Shown: positions 36,172-47,222, counted from the whole stretch's first letter. The stretch: DNA of 63,985 nt, filler included, from Craspedostauros australis (GCA_030167865.1; 17 parts of 17 records of this genome joined end to end with filler, not necessarily neighbours in it), one strand, 5' to 3'. Numbers and translations are program-made. The notes: generated from the letters alone by a model not told the origin.

Positions 36172-39100
36172 ATGGACGACATCCATCACCACCACCACCA
36201 CCACGATGTCACCCCTCCTCTCCAAGAACCAACGCCGAGACATGCCGACAATCCAAATGCTCTCAATCAAGATCTCTTTCGTGCCGTCCAACAGGGCGAT
36301 TCGGATGCTGTAGACGCACTGACAATGCAGCTCCGCAACGCTTCCATCAGTACCATCAAGGACGGATCTGGAAGGAGTCTCCTTCATCTCGCATGCCTTG
36401 AAGGGCATCTGGACATCGTCAAGAGTCTCATGACATCTTCCTCGGCAGATACCACCATCAATGCTCAGGATGCTCTCGGCAACACCGCACTGCACGCTGC
36501 ATGCTTGCAGGGTCATCTCGAGATTGTGAGACACTGGATGGGAGCTGCTGGCGTGGATACCAGCATCCGAAACAACGACGGTAACTCCGCATTCCAGCTT
36601 GCGTACGAAAATGGTCACACTGAGGTCGCCGAGTGCATGGTGGAGTTATGTGAGCCGTACGCAGGTCGAGCCAACCCTGCCATTGTGGATGCGTTCCATC
36701 TTGCATCCTCAAAGGGGGATCTACAGATGGTGGAGAGATTGGTGGAAGCACACAAGCGGACCGTCCACACCAAAGACGAGAATGGCGAAACACCCCTCCA
36801 TTGCGCGTGCTCAAATGGCCATCTGGATGTTGTGAAGCTTTTGGTGGAATCAGGCAAAGCAAACGTCGATGCCAGAAGCAACCATCGTCACACTCCGCTG
36901 CATTGTGCAGGTTTCAACGGGCACATCGAGGTTGTCAGATACATCGTGAAGTACACCAAAGCAAATCTCCATGCCAAAAGTCAGAGTGGCCACACTCTGC
37001 TTCATTGGGCTTGTATCGGGGGCCACTTAGAGATTGTGAAGAGTTTGGCGGAGGCGTGCAAGACAGACAAGGCGAATGCCTACATGCTAGCTGAGAATGG
37101 TCCCACTCCACTTCATCACGCAACTCTTCATGGTCATTTGGACATTGTGAAATACCTGGTGGAATCGGGGAACGCTGATACCAATGCACAAACCAACGAC
37201 GGTGGCACTGCGCTCCATGATGCATGTTCCACCGGCCATTTGGACATTGTGAAATACTTGGTGAAATCGGGAAATGCAAACGTCAACGTGAAAAGGGCCA
37301 ACGGCTTCATAAGCGACACTCCGCTTGACCTCTCGCTTGCCAACAACCACTTCGAAATTGCAAAGTATCTCGTGGAAGCTACCGATGCTGATATCAACAG
37401 CAAATCCGGACGTTTTCAACGCGAGACCCTACTTCACCGAGCATGTTCAGCAGGAAGTTTGGAAGTGGTCAAGTCGTTGGTGGTATCGGGCAAGGCTGAC
37501 TTCACAGTACGGTGCCCCTCTGGTGACACTGCTCTTCACAAGGCGTGCTCCAAAAACCACATAGAGATCGTCGATTTCATCTTGGGATCAGCCAACTCAA
37601 ATGCCCAGGTCGAGTTGAAGACCGAGTTTGGTCTCACTCCGCTTCTCTCTGCAATTCAACGTGACTACTTGGTGATGGTGAAGCATTTGGTTGAAAGATG
37701 GAATGCAGATGTCAATGTTCAGAGTCGTGGATATTGCTCTGCACTATCCATGGCATGCGACAAATGCCGTTGGGATATTGCCATGTACATCTGTCAGGAA
37801 TCGGGGGTACGACTTTGCAAAGATACCTTGTTCTACCGCAGCTCCCATGGGGACTGACTGGAACCATGATGGTATAATATTCAAAGATACCCATGATTGC
37901 CGCAACCCCCAATAGCATCCTCCAGACAAACCGTAACGCAACAATCGAGCAGCTGCACTCAGACAGCCCAATGGCCTTACCTGTCTTATGCGACATCCAA
38001 GCATCCTCATCCAGTGGCCTACCCGGCCATGTCCCGATAACGGTCGGGAACAGCGAGATCTATGGCAACAACAATACATCAGCCCATGAGTGAATCGAGT
38101 GAACGCGACTACCAATATATCTGAACAAGTCAACGTGTCCCTGAGAACCTAATGTGAGAAAGCGAAACAGAGGCGATCCCTATTCACCCAAGACCACGAT
38201 TGAGACGACAATAAGTTCCAAAGATTCAAAGGCAACCATCGAGATGACCGAAAAGAAGGAATTGAAATGACACGAACCGAAGTGGGACCAGTGAGGTGAC
38301 ATGAGACCGAAGGTGAGGTACCTACAGGTCTACGAGTATGAACTTGATGAATGTAGGTGCTCACCAATATCTAGCCAAGCAGGCGATGAATCACCATGGA
38401 CGGATGATGCAGATGCAGATGCAAGGAGCCATGCCCGAGAGTGTAACCATGGGCAGCCACCGCGGATCATGCTTGCTATGGAATTGGAATCGAAAGGAGA
38501 TGAGCAGATTGTGCTCACAGTTCTAAAACGGTACAGACTGATAACAGATTAGTCTACTACTATAACCCCGGATTTCCAACATACATCTTGAAATCAACAA
38601 GTGTAACCATCAATGCCAAAACCCGGAATGGTGAAAATGCACTTCATCATGCGTGCAAGCGTGGTCATTTGGCAACAGTGAAAGGTTTGCTGGGATCAGG
38701 CAAGATCAATATCAATGATTGTGTCGATCGCTCTGGCACTGCCCTCCACATGGCATGCTCGGGGGGTCATACAGATGTTGTGAAGTACATCTTGGAATGC
38801 ACCGACGTGGACGTCAACCTCCGAGACCACGATGGCAAATCTCCACTTCATGTTGCATGCGACATGGGTCAGTATTGCATCGTGAAGGTGCTGGTGGAAT
38901 CATGCGAGGCAGACATCGAGGCAATAGACTCGGAATATTGGACTCCACTTCATCATGCATGTTCCAAAGGCAATCTTGAGATCGTGAAGTATCTCTTGGA
39001 ATCCTGCAACGCGAGCTTGAAGATCAGAGGTTGCTTCAGTTGCAATACTCCATTTCTTCGCCCAGGTTTTTCCAATAGCACGGAGGTTTGGAGGTACCTA

Positions 39101-39637
39101 CTCGAATCAACCAACGCAAACATCAACGTACAAGACGAAACAGGCAATACCCAGCTTCATCATGCTTGCATGAGCGGCAACATCGACATTGTCAAATACA
39201 TCTTGGAATCAACAGATGCAATTCCTGACGCCCGAAACGCAGCCGGTGATACTCCACTTCATCTCGCAAGTTATCATGGCAACAAAAGCACGGTGAAGTA
39301 CTTGATTGAGTCCGAATTCGCAGATATCCACGCCAGAAATCGGAACGGAGACACCGCCCTTCATCATGCGTGCTCATGTTTGCGCGAGTCTGACACCATA
39401 GAGGTTGTCAAATACATTGTGAAGTTCACAAGCGCGAACGTCAACTGCCAGAACGAGATAGGCGATACCCCATTGCACATGGCAGCTTCGTGTGGGCAGT
39501 TGGAGACCGTCTGGTACCTAGTGGAATCGTGCGATGCAGATCTTGATATTCCCAACGACGACGGTGATACTCCAGCGAAGCTCTCTCTACGCAGAGGCCA
39601 TTCGGGAATTCACTCCTACTTGGTAGACCGCTCATGA
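36172..39637 (+). pseudogene. Ankyrin repeat gene (~889 aa when restored) interrupted by a solo LTR
   Basis: ORFs 36172-37857 and 38588-39637 both carry TPLHxAC..G..EIVKYL repeats. Removing the LTR and one TSD copy gives in-frame ...DIAMYI-LKSTSVTINAKTRNGENALHHAC... Confidence 0.9.
37792..38581. mobile_element. Solo LTR (family A), 790 bp, TG...CA, 6-bp TSD TACATC
   Basis: TACATC|TGTCAGGAATCGGGGT ... ACCCCGGATTTCCAACA|TACATC with imperfect inverted termini. The right end recurs at ~61759-61842. Confidence 0.92.
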
Positions 39638-40130
39638 ACATGATCCACGCAGAACAGCTACCGGGCCTTCCGTTTTCATAGCATGAGCCAGGAAGATGTA
39701 CACCTCACACGGGTTGACCGCTGGTGAGGGGTCTCGCGAGCAATTGATGCAAGAGCAGAGACACGAATTGAGTTTCCTCTATCCCCACGCAATAAATCTA
39801 TCTGAGTGCGTTCTGGTACTACCTCGCATGGAGCATCTCGCCTACGAGGACATCCACCATTTCCAAGAGAAAGTGATCACGAACAAAGCCAATTCATTCG
39901 ATTGTGTTGACACAGCATGGATCTTGATGGGTTGGCTTTACTGGAGAGAGGAGAGTTATGATCTCCTCAATTCAAATTCCAAAATAATAGAAGACACCTT
40001 GAAATCATTTTGAAAGCACTCCGTGTTCTCTCCCACTCTATTAATCACATAACTGCTTTGTGCAAGCACCAAAACCTATGTCACAAATGCTCTTCCTTTC
40101 ATGCTGTCCCGATTCTTCTGTTGCGGTCTC

Positions 40131-40460
40131 TCATGCGCGATCCGTGGTGCTGCTGTTGTCGCTGTTGCTGTTGTCGCTGCTGCTCTCACCCCAGCTGCCC
40201 CGGCTTGTCGTTCTCACATTCGACGTGGCTTGCGATATCCGCCGTTTCGATTTGTCCTTGGATGGTTCCGGATCCTCCTGCAATGCCATGCGTGATTCCT
40301 TGGAGCATGACCGTGGGTTCTCAGAGAATGTTGTCGCCACCAAGGTTTCGTAGTTGAATATCGCGGACACCACAGCGCGCGCGTACGTCAAGTGTGGGTA
40401 CTTACGACGCAGCAGCGCGATGCGAGGCCGCAAGAAGACGAGGACGTTACCGAATCCCTG
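40131..40460 (-). CDS. C-terminal fragment of a GPCR-like 7TM protein (end of TM7 plus cytoplasmic tail)
   Basis: Starts at the contig edge with QGFGNVLVFLRPR, matching the QGFxNxxVYxRP TM7 signature of cAMP-receptor-like GPCRs; Ser-rich tail. Confidence 0.6.
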   Translation of the reverse strand, partial: QGFGNVLVFLRPRIALLRRKYPHLTYARAVVSAIFNYETLVATTFSENPRSCSKESRMALQEDPEPSKDKSKRRISQATSNVRTTSRGSWGESSSDNSNSDNSSTTDRA

Positions 40461-40847
40461 NNNNNNNNNNNNNNNNNNNNNNNNNNNNNNNNNNNNNNNN
40501 NNNNTTAATTAATTAANNNNNNNNNNNNNNNNNNNNNNNNNNNNNNNNNNNNNNNNNNNNGATCAAGCAATGTTGCCCTCCTCTCAGCACCCATGATCAT
40601 CATCATCCTCCTGGTATTTTGATAAACTGCGCACCACAATGGCTCGGTATAATCCCCATCTATCCACTCCATGAAGCTGGGCCACAGATACCCACATGAC
40701 ATGGCCCAAAGTGTCCCTGCAGTGAAAAAGAACGTTGTCAAAAAACCGATTGCAATCCGGATGCGGTATGGATANNNNNNNNNNNNNNNNNNNNNNNNNN
40801 NNNNNNNNNNNNNNNNNNNNNNNNNNNNNNNNNNNNNNNNNNNNNNN

Positions 40848-41810
40848 GACACGCTGAAGCATCCAGAATGGGCTGGGAATGTGTGCACCCAAAGATACAG
40901 CTCCATTTGGTGATGCCATTGGTTTTTGGGGGGCACCCACCAACAACAACCATTCATCGGATATGGTGGGGTGCCGCCTCTTGTAGGCCGTCTCCGCGGC
41001 GCAAACTTCGCGAGGTGGACCTTCGGGCGATTTCGCACGCATCTTGTATGGGTGGCTTGGTGATTGTGTGAGTTGGCGATGGTGCCCTTCACAGCCAAAG
41101 CCACATGATGGAAGCCCCACGACACACCGCGAAAACTCTTGCCCTCCACTTTTTCCTCCGCGCGGAGGCCTTCCCGGTCCTCCCCGAGCCTGAAACTTCG
41201 TGNNNNNNNNNNNNNNNNNNNNNNNNNNNNNNNNNNNNNNNNNNNNGGCGTTGGGGTGGGTTGTGGATGGAGTACACCGGCCATATGCAACGAGGCAATC
41301 TGGTGCGAAATTGTGACGTTTGATCTGGGGCCTGCGACGGCCCCAAATCAAGCGCTCTCTCGACCCCCTCTCGTCCACCCACCAACGGCTGCATCGCGGT
41401 GACGGCGATGTGCTTGGATTTGTCAATGGACCGCTGGTTGGTGCGGCGCAGTGATTGCCGTTGGACGGCCATTGTGGCGTTTTTTGGTGTTCCACCATTG
41501 TCATGTTGTTGTTTTTTGGAGTCTGGCACTCTCAACCAGTCGGACATACTGGGGGATAAGGTAATTGCAAACACCTAACCAAAATGCACGAAAGAAGCAT
41601 GACACAAAACACTTCCGGAGTACCAATGCAACTCGACCATTCCGTCACGACGAAACGTCGCAGATGCTGCTTCACATCGTGCTGTGATTGGTGTTTCATG
41701 ACGCAGTATCCATCGTCGTGACGTAGATGACAGATTAAGCAAACGGAGGGTAGAATGAATGTAAACGCGCACTCGCCGCTTCTCCCAAAACTCTACAACT
41801 AGCGCTATCG
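40848..41810 (-). repeat. Second copy of the unclassified element ending in CTCTACAACTAGCGCTATCG
   Basis: Collinear homology with 468-1400. Overlaps the gap-spanning 306-aa ORF 40584-41504 (MTM..PSTS..WW..ER.I also seen in copy 1). Confidence 0.7.
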
Positions 41811-41819
41811 TGGAGGGAC

Positions 41820-42410
41820 TGTTGGATGGTCTGATCGGAACACCTCAAAAAGAGACTAAACAATTCAAAATGGGAACAACGTCGCTGAAACGAAGAACAG
41901 CAAAGGGTTAANNNNNNNNNNNNNNNNNNNNNNNNNNNNNNNNNNNNNNNNNNNNNNNNNNNNNNNNNNNNNNNNNNNNNNNNNNNNNNNNNNNNNNNNN
42001 NNNNNNNNNNNNNNNNNTAACGGTTAATTATTTGTATTAGACCTAAAGGGATTACGAATATGTGCTTGGTTAGTATGTAGGAGAGAAAATTTCTGGAGGT
42101 CTATTTCAAACGATTGGTCGACTCACTGATCGGGCTCCTAGGTGTTGTCGGAGTCCATCGAGTCGTCTGTATATCCGTGACTGGAGACTCGGTAGAAGAT
42201 ACCAATCAATAAATGGCTCCATCGACAACCGCGCGCCCAAAGTCGCAGCTCCTCCATCGTCCTACGTCGTCTGTCATGTTCGCTGAAGCTTCTGATCCTC
42301 AGGCATGACGCACCATCATTCAGCATCGTCATCCTTCTTTCAGTCAGAAGATCGGAGACGTCAGAGTCATCGGTCATCCTGTTCCGATCACCGCTCTACT
42401 AAAACCAACA
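41820..42410. mobile_element. Candidate LTR (family C)
   Basis: TGTTGG..TGATCGGAAC at the left end and GTTCCGATCA..CCAACA at the right end form imperfect inverted termini. Purine-rich GGAGGGAC precedes it and TGGCGCC follows 2 nt after it. No TSD; contains an N gap. Confidence 0.45.
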
Positions 42411-43118
42411 GCTGGCGCCTCGCGCTCTCGCACGGTGCATGCATGCCATCGATCACTTTCGCACCGCAACAGACGACGCAAGTCAAGTAATCATAAATCG
42501 GTCTTTCATACTATTACAAGAGTTGTTGTGGACAGACTCAAGGCTGCAAGACCGTTCCGACCGACAGAAACACTCAACGACAATTTCGAACCACCTGCGT
42601 GTCACGATGAATGATCTCTCGCATTCGTTGTGCTTCGACAGATGTCCACGCAAACGTTGATCTTGTTCGATGATTTGACTCATAGTCGTATCAGTCGAAG
42701 ATTCTCGTTTTCGGCGTTGTGACAGAAAAGGGCTCTGTGGGAGCAGGAGAACCCAAACAACACGATCCAGAGGGGTGCGATCAAGAGAAGGAGGCAAACA
42801 AAGGCAAACGGAGGCGAACACGAAGATACTTGTGCACAAAGAGAGAAAGACAGAAGCAGAGGACCATGCGACCAAGGCAACAACACAACACCACTCAACC
42901 CCATTCTTGAGCACAACAACAACAGACATCGAATTGGCACTCATACTACTATTCATCACACAGTGTATGGTACTCATCCTAATACAAGCTATCGAAGACA
43001 CGCCATAGATATCTCTGCCATCCTGCTAGGTAGCTCGAACTGCACACTTCCTCGACAGCCGGTCCAACGCCCATCGTCCAACGTCGATCATCCAGCAACC
43101 ATTGACCATCCTCTCAAA

Positions 43119-45578
43119 ATGCCGAATGTTACGAACGAACAACTCATTGGTGCTGCCACAGCAGGTGACTTGTCAGTGTTAAAGGAATGGAAGGAGCAGA
43201 ACAAGACGCAGAATGACAGGGTTGATGTCAACAAGGTTACAGACAGGATTGATCAGACTCCCCTTCATGTGGCATGCTCCAACGGCCACCTGGAGTGTGT
43301 GAAGTACCTCATCGAATCATGTGAGGCAAACATCAACAGCAAAACCAATGATGGTTCCACTCCCCTTCATCACACATGCTCCAACGGCCGCCTGGAGTGT
43401 ATGAAGTACCTCATCGAATCATGTGAGGCGAACATCAACTGCAAAGACAACAATATTTCCACTCCCCTTCATTGGGCATGCTTTGGTGGCCACTTAGAGT
43501 GTGTAAAGTATCTCATCGAATCATGTGAGGCGAACATCAACTGCAAAACCAATGATAGTGAGACCCCCCTTCATGATGCTTGCCGCAACGGCCAGCTGGA
43601 GTGTGTGAAGTACCTCATCGAATCATGTGAGGCAAACATCAACTGCAAAGACAACAATGGAAACACTCCCCTTCATCGGGCATGCCGGAATGGCCACCTG
43701 GAGTGTGTGAAGTACCTCATCGAATCATGTGAGGCGAATATCAACTGCAAAACCAATGATGGTTCCACTCCCCTTCATCGGGCATGCCAGAATGGCCGCC
43801 TGGAGTGTATGAAGTACCTCATCGAATCATGTGAGGCGAGCATCAACTGCAAAGACAATGATGGTTCCACTCCCCTTCATTGGGCATGCCACAACGGCCA
43901 CCTGGAGTGTGTGAAGTACCTCATTGAATCATGCGAGGTGAACATCAACTGCAAAACCAATAATGGTTCCACTCCCCTTCATTGGGCATGCAGCAACGGC
44001 CACCTGGAGTGTATGAAGTACCTCATCGAATCATGTGAGGCGAACATCAACTGCAAAGACAACAATATTTCCACTCCCCTTCATTGGGCATGCTTTGGTG
44101 GCCACCTGAAGTGTGTGAAGTATCTCATCGAATCATGTGAGGCGAACGTCAACTGCAAAACCAATGATAGCGATACCCCCCTTCACGACGCTTGCCACAA
44201 CGGCCACCTGGAGTGTGTGAAGTACCTCATGGAATCATGTGAGGCAAACATCAACTGCAAAGACAACTATGGAAACTCTCCCCTTCATCGGGCATGCCGG
44301 AATGGCCACCTGGAGTGTGTGAAGTACCTCATCGAATCATGTGAGGCGAACATCAACTGCAAAGCCAATGGTGGTTCCACTCCCCTTCATCGGGCATGCC
44401 ACAACGGCCAGCTGGAGTGTATGAAGTACCTCATCGAATCATGTGAGGCAAACATCAACTGCAAAGACAACCATGGAAACACTCCCCTTCATTACGCATG
44501 CATGACAAGGCACCTGGAGTGTACGAAGTACCTCATCGAATCATGTGAGGCGAACATCAACTGCAAAGACAACCATGGTCACACTCCCCTTCATCGGGCA
44601 TGCCAGAATGGCCGCCTGGAGGGTGTGAAGTACCTCATCGAATCATGTGAGGCGAACATCAACTGCAAAGCCAATGATGGTTTCACTCCCCTTCATTGGG
44701 CATGCTTTGGTGGCCACTTAGAGTGTGTGAAGTATCTCATCGAATCATGTGAGGCGAACATCAACTGCAAAGACAACCATGGAAACTCTCCCCTTCATCG
44801 GGCATGCCAGAATGGCCAGCTGGAGTGTGTGAAGTATCTCGTCGAATCATGTGAGGCGAACATCAACTGCAAAACCAATGATGGTTCCACTCCCCTTCAT
44901 CGGGCATGCCACAACGGCCAGCTGGAGTGTATGAAGTACCTCATTGAATCATGTGAGGCAAACATCAACTGCAAAGACAACTATGGAAACTCTCCCCTTC
45001 ATCGGGCATGCCAGAATGGCCGCCTGGAGTGTATGAAGTACCTCATCGAATCATGTGAGGCGAGCATCAACTGCAAAGACAACCATGGTTTCACTCCCCT
45101 TCATTGGGCATGCATTGTTGGTTCCCTGGGGTGTACCGAGTACCTCATCGAATCAAGTGGGGCCAACATCAACTGCCAAAACAACCATGGTCACACTGCC
45201 TTTCATGGGGCATGCCGCAACGGCAACCTGGAGTGTATCGAGCCCCTCATCAGAGGACTTTCGCCTTCAGCTGACCCACAAATGCAACAACTGCAACAAT
45301 GCTTACAACCAAACGAGCAAGAGAATGAACAGCCACAAGAACAGTTGGGACAGCAATTGAAGCTGAAGGAACAAGAGATTGAACAACCGCAACAACAGAT
45401 GAGACAGCAGTTGAAACGAAAGAAGCAAGACAAACACTGTAGCCACAAGAGGACCAAAATCAACATTGGAGAAGACTGGCTCAGATCCTTCCAAACCGAT
45501 AACAGGACAGACATCATCTTCTTGTGTGGACAGGGCGACGAACAGAACCAATCAAAGCAAACTCCGAAGTCCTCATGA
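43119..45578 (+). CDS. Ankyrin array protein: N-cap, 20 x 34-aa repeats, Gln/Glu coiled coil, then the start of a BTB-like domain (frameshifted)
   Basis: ATG 43119 (MPNVT); repeats start every 102 nt from 43251 to 45189; QQLKLKEQEIEQ coiled coil; RTDIIFLCG, then in another frame EPIKANSEVLMINVPSIQTLV. Confidence 0.93.
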   Translation: MPNVTNEQLIGAATAGDLSVLKEWKEQNKTQNDRVDVNKVTDRIDQTPLHVACSNGHLECVKYLIESCEANINSKTNDGSTPLHHTCSNGRLECMKYLIESCEANINCKDNNISTPLHWACFGGHLECVKYLIESCEANINCKTNDSETPLHDACRNGQLECVKYLIESCEANINCKDNNGNTPLHRACRNGHLECVKYLIESCEANINCKTNDGSTPLHRACQNGRLECMKYLIESCEASINCKDNDGSTPLHWACHNGHLECVKYLIESCEVNINCKTNNGSTPLHWACSNGHLECMKYLIESCEANINCKDNNISTPLHWACFGGHLKCVKYLIESCEANVNCKTNDSDTPLHDACHNGHLECVKYLMESCEANINCKDNYGNSPLHRACRNGHLECVKYLIESCEANINCKANGGSTPLHRACHNGQLECMKYLIESCEANINCKDNHGNTPLHYACMTRHLECTKYLIESCEANINCKDNHGHTPLHRACQNGRLEGVKYLIESCEANINCKANDGFTPLHWACFGGHLECVKYLIESCEANINCKDNHGNSPLHRACQNGQLECVKYLVESCEANINCKTNDGSTPLHRACHNGQLECMKYLIESCEANINCKDNYGNSPLHRACQNGRLECMKYLIESCEASINCKDNHGFTPLHWACIVGSLGCTEYLIESSGANINCQNNHGHTAFHGACRNGNLECIEPLIRGLSPSADPQMQQLQQCLQPNEQENEQPQEQLGQQLKLKEQEIEQPQQQMRQQLKRKKQDKHCSHKRTKINIGEDWLRSFQTDNRTDIIFLCGQGDEQNQSKQTPKSS
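43251..45250 (+). repeat. Coding tandem repeat, 102-nt unit x ~20
   Basis: Near-constant core GAGTGTRTGAAGTAYCTCATCGAATCATGTGAGGCRAACATCAACTGCAAA repeated at 102-nt period. Confidence 0.97.
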
Positions 45579-45932
45579 TCAATGTCCCATCCATTCAGAC
45601 ACTGGTCGACAAAGGAATCCAACATCAGCACGCGAATGATGGCACTGACGACGGTGCAGCCCCCATCCAAACAACCATCCNNNNNNNNNNNNNNNNNNNN
45701 NNNNNNNNNNNNNNNNNNNNNNNNTTAATTAATTAANNNNNNNNNNNNNNNNNNNNNNNNNNNNNNNNNNNNNNNNNNNNAACTTGAGCAGATGAGCTCA
45801 CAATCGACATCCAGGCTCAACTGATTTGGGACTACATACTCTACCAGCTCTGCCTACTCTACCTACTCTACTCGTACGATTGTACCACCAACAGCAATAA
45901 GCAGCAACGACAAGAAAAGGACGAACCGCAAC

Positions 45933-47222
45933 ATGGATGATGTCGCCAACACCAATACCAACAGCGATCATGATCCAGACTTCAACATTTTCTGGAAACA
46001 ACTCCATCAAGAAAAGCTGTCACCGAAGACTGTGTTCAATGTGCAGAGTCATCCAAGACAGCAGGTTGAATGCTGCAGCGTCACACCCAAGCGGATGGAA
46101 TACTGGGACATGGCCATCAAAGCAGGATTCACCTTTGCTGACTTGGAATCGATGGTGGAGCGGCACAAGCACATTGCTTTAGCACCTCATGTTCTGCTGA
46201 GCGATTCGTCTCGCAGGGGCTGGTGGTGGATGGGCATTCGATCCCTGAATCTGGAATTCGACACCAAGGACCAATTCGGAGAAGAAGACAAGCAAGCGAT
46301 TCGCTTCGTAGTTCGATTGGCTGTCGAACACCCACCCGAATCTTCATCCGACGAAGGCATCCACTTGCCTCAAAGCTTCGTGGAGATGAAGCAGCTCCAC
46401 GATATCCCTCTTGTGACACATTGTGTGGATTTGTGGTCATGTGATCTTGTTGATTGCGACAAGCTCATGTTCAACATCTCCCAAAACTCGAAATACGTTT
46501 CGTTTAGTTTCTGTGAGCTCGCCAATGGGGGCGCTGATTTGTGCAGATGGCTGTCTCCAAACAATTGCAGAATCGCCGAAGTATCCTTTTTCCGCACCTA
46601 TATCACTTGTGATAGCTTGGCAAAGCTATTCCAGTCAAACAAGCGCATCAACAAGCTCCACATCAATTTCTGTGGGAACTACATCGAACAACGAACCTAC
46701 TCACGACAAGAAATCGACCAGATCATCCAACTCCTTTCAGATGCATCACACCTGAAGAAGCTCAAAGTTGCCAATCATTGGTTCGGGTCACCGCCGCAAG
46801 AGCAGATGACAAGGTTCGATGCATTGATATCGCTCCTGGGAAACAAGAGCTTGTCATGTCTCACCTTCTCTGCCGGTGGTGTTCCCACCATGCCTGAGAT
46901 TCCGCCTGAGATCCTCTCGGCACAGATGGAAGCACTTCAGCAAGCCTTGGAGGAGACTACCCAACTCACCTATCTCGACATTTCTCCACGCCCGCCTGGC
47001 AAACATGCCCATTGGTACCATGCACTTGTTGAACGTACCTTGCGTCGAAATTATCGCACCAAGATGAGATCAATGCCACGTTCCCTTCCGACATGGTCGC
47101 GGCCGCTGGCCCTGTTGGGGAAGGTGCTGACGACAAGAAGCCGACGTTGGGGTCCAATGGGTTCCACGAACGAGACTTTCCATCTTCTGTTGCAGTGCGG
47201 TGAGCTGTTGGAGCGGACATGA
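45933..47222 (+). CDS. RNI-like/LRR-type protein of unknown function (429 aa)
   Basis: Complete ORF; degenerate LxxLxL strands (INKLHI, LKKLKV, LSCLTF, LTYLDI). Confidence 0.7.
   Translation: MDDVANTNTNSDHDPDFNIFWKQLHQEKLSPKTVFNVQSHPRQQVECCSVTPKRMEYWDMAIKAGFTFADLESMVERHKHIALAPHVLLSDSSRRGWWWMGIRSLNLEFDTKDQFGEEDKQAIRFVVRLAVEHPPESSSDEGIHLPQSFVEMKQLHDIPLVTHCVDLWSCDLVDCDKLMFNISQNSKYVSFSFCELANGGADLCRWLSPNNCRIAEVSFFRTYITCDSLAKLFQSNKRINKLHINFCGNYIEQRTYSRQEIDQIIQLLSDASHLKKLKVANHWFGSPPQEQMTRFDALISLLGNKSLSCLTFSAGGVPTMPEIPPEILSAQMEALQQALEETTQLTYLDISPRPPGKHAHWYHALVERTLRRNYRTKMRSMPRSLPTWSRPLALLGKVLTTRSRRWGPMGSTNETFHLLLQCGELLERT

Noticed and set aside
36184..36204. His7 tract at the ankyrin N-terminus as a cloning tag
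   Set aside because: No vector context; CAC/CAT homopeptide runs fit the low-complexity style of this genome.
43251..45250. 34-aa repeats with a variable di-residue as TALE-like, or the 102-nt array as CRISPR
   Set aside because: TPLHxAC..G is ankyrin, not the TALE LTPxQVVAIAS consensus. Units are in-frame coding with no unique spacers and no cas genes.
42963..45578. Diversity-generating retroelement driving the ankyrin variation
   Set aside because: No template/variable repeat pair, no evident restriction of changes to adenines and no DGR-type RT. The RTs here are Copia, on other contigs.
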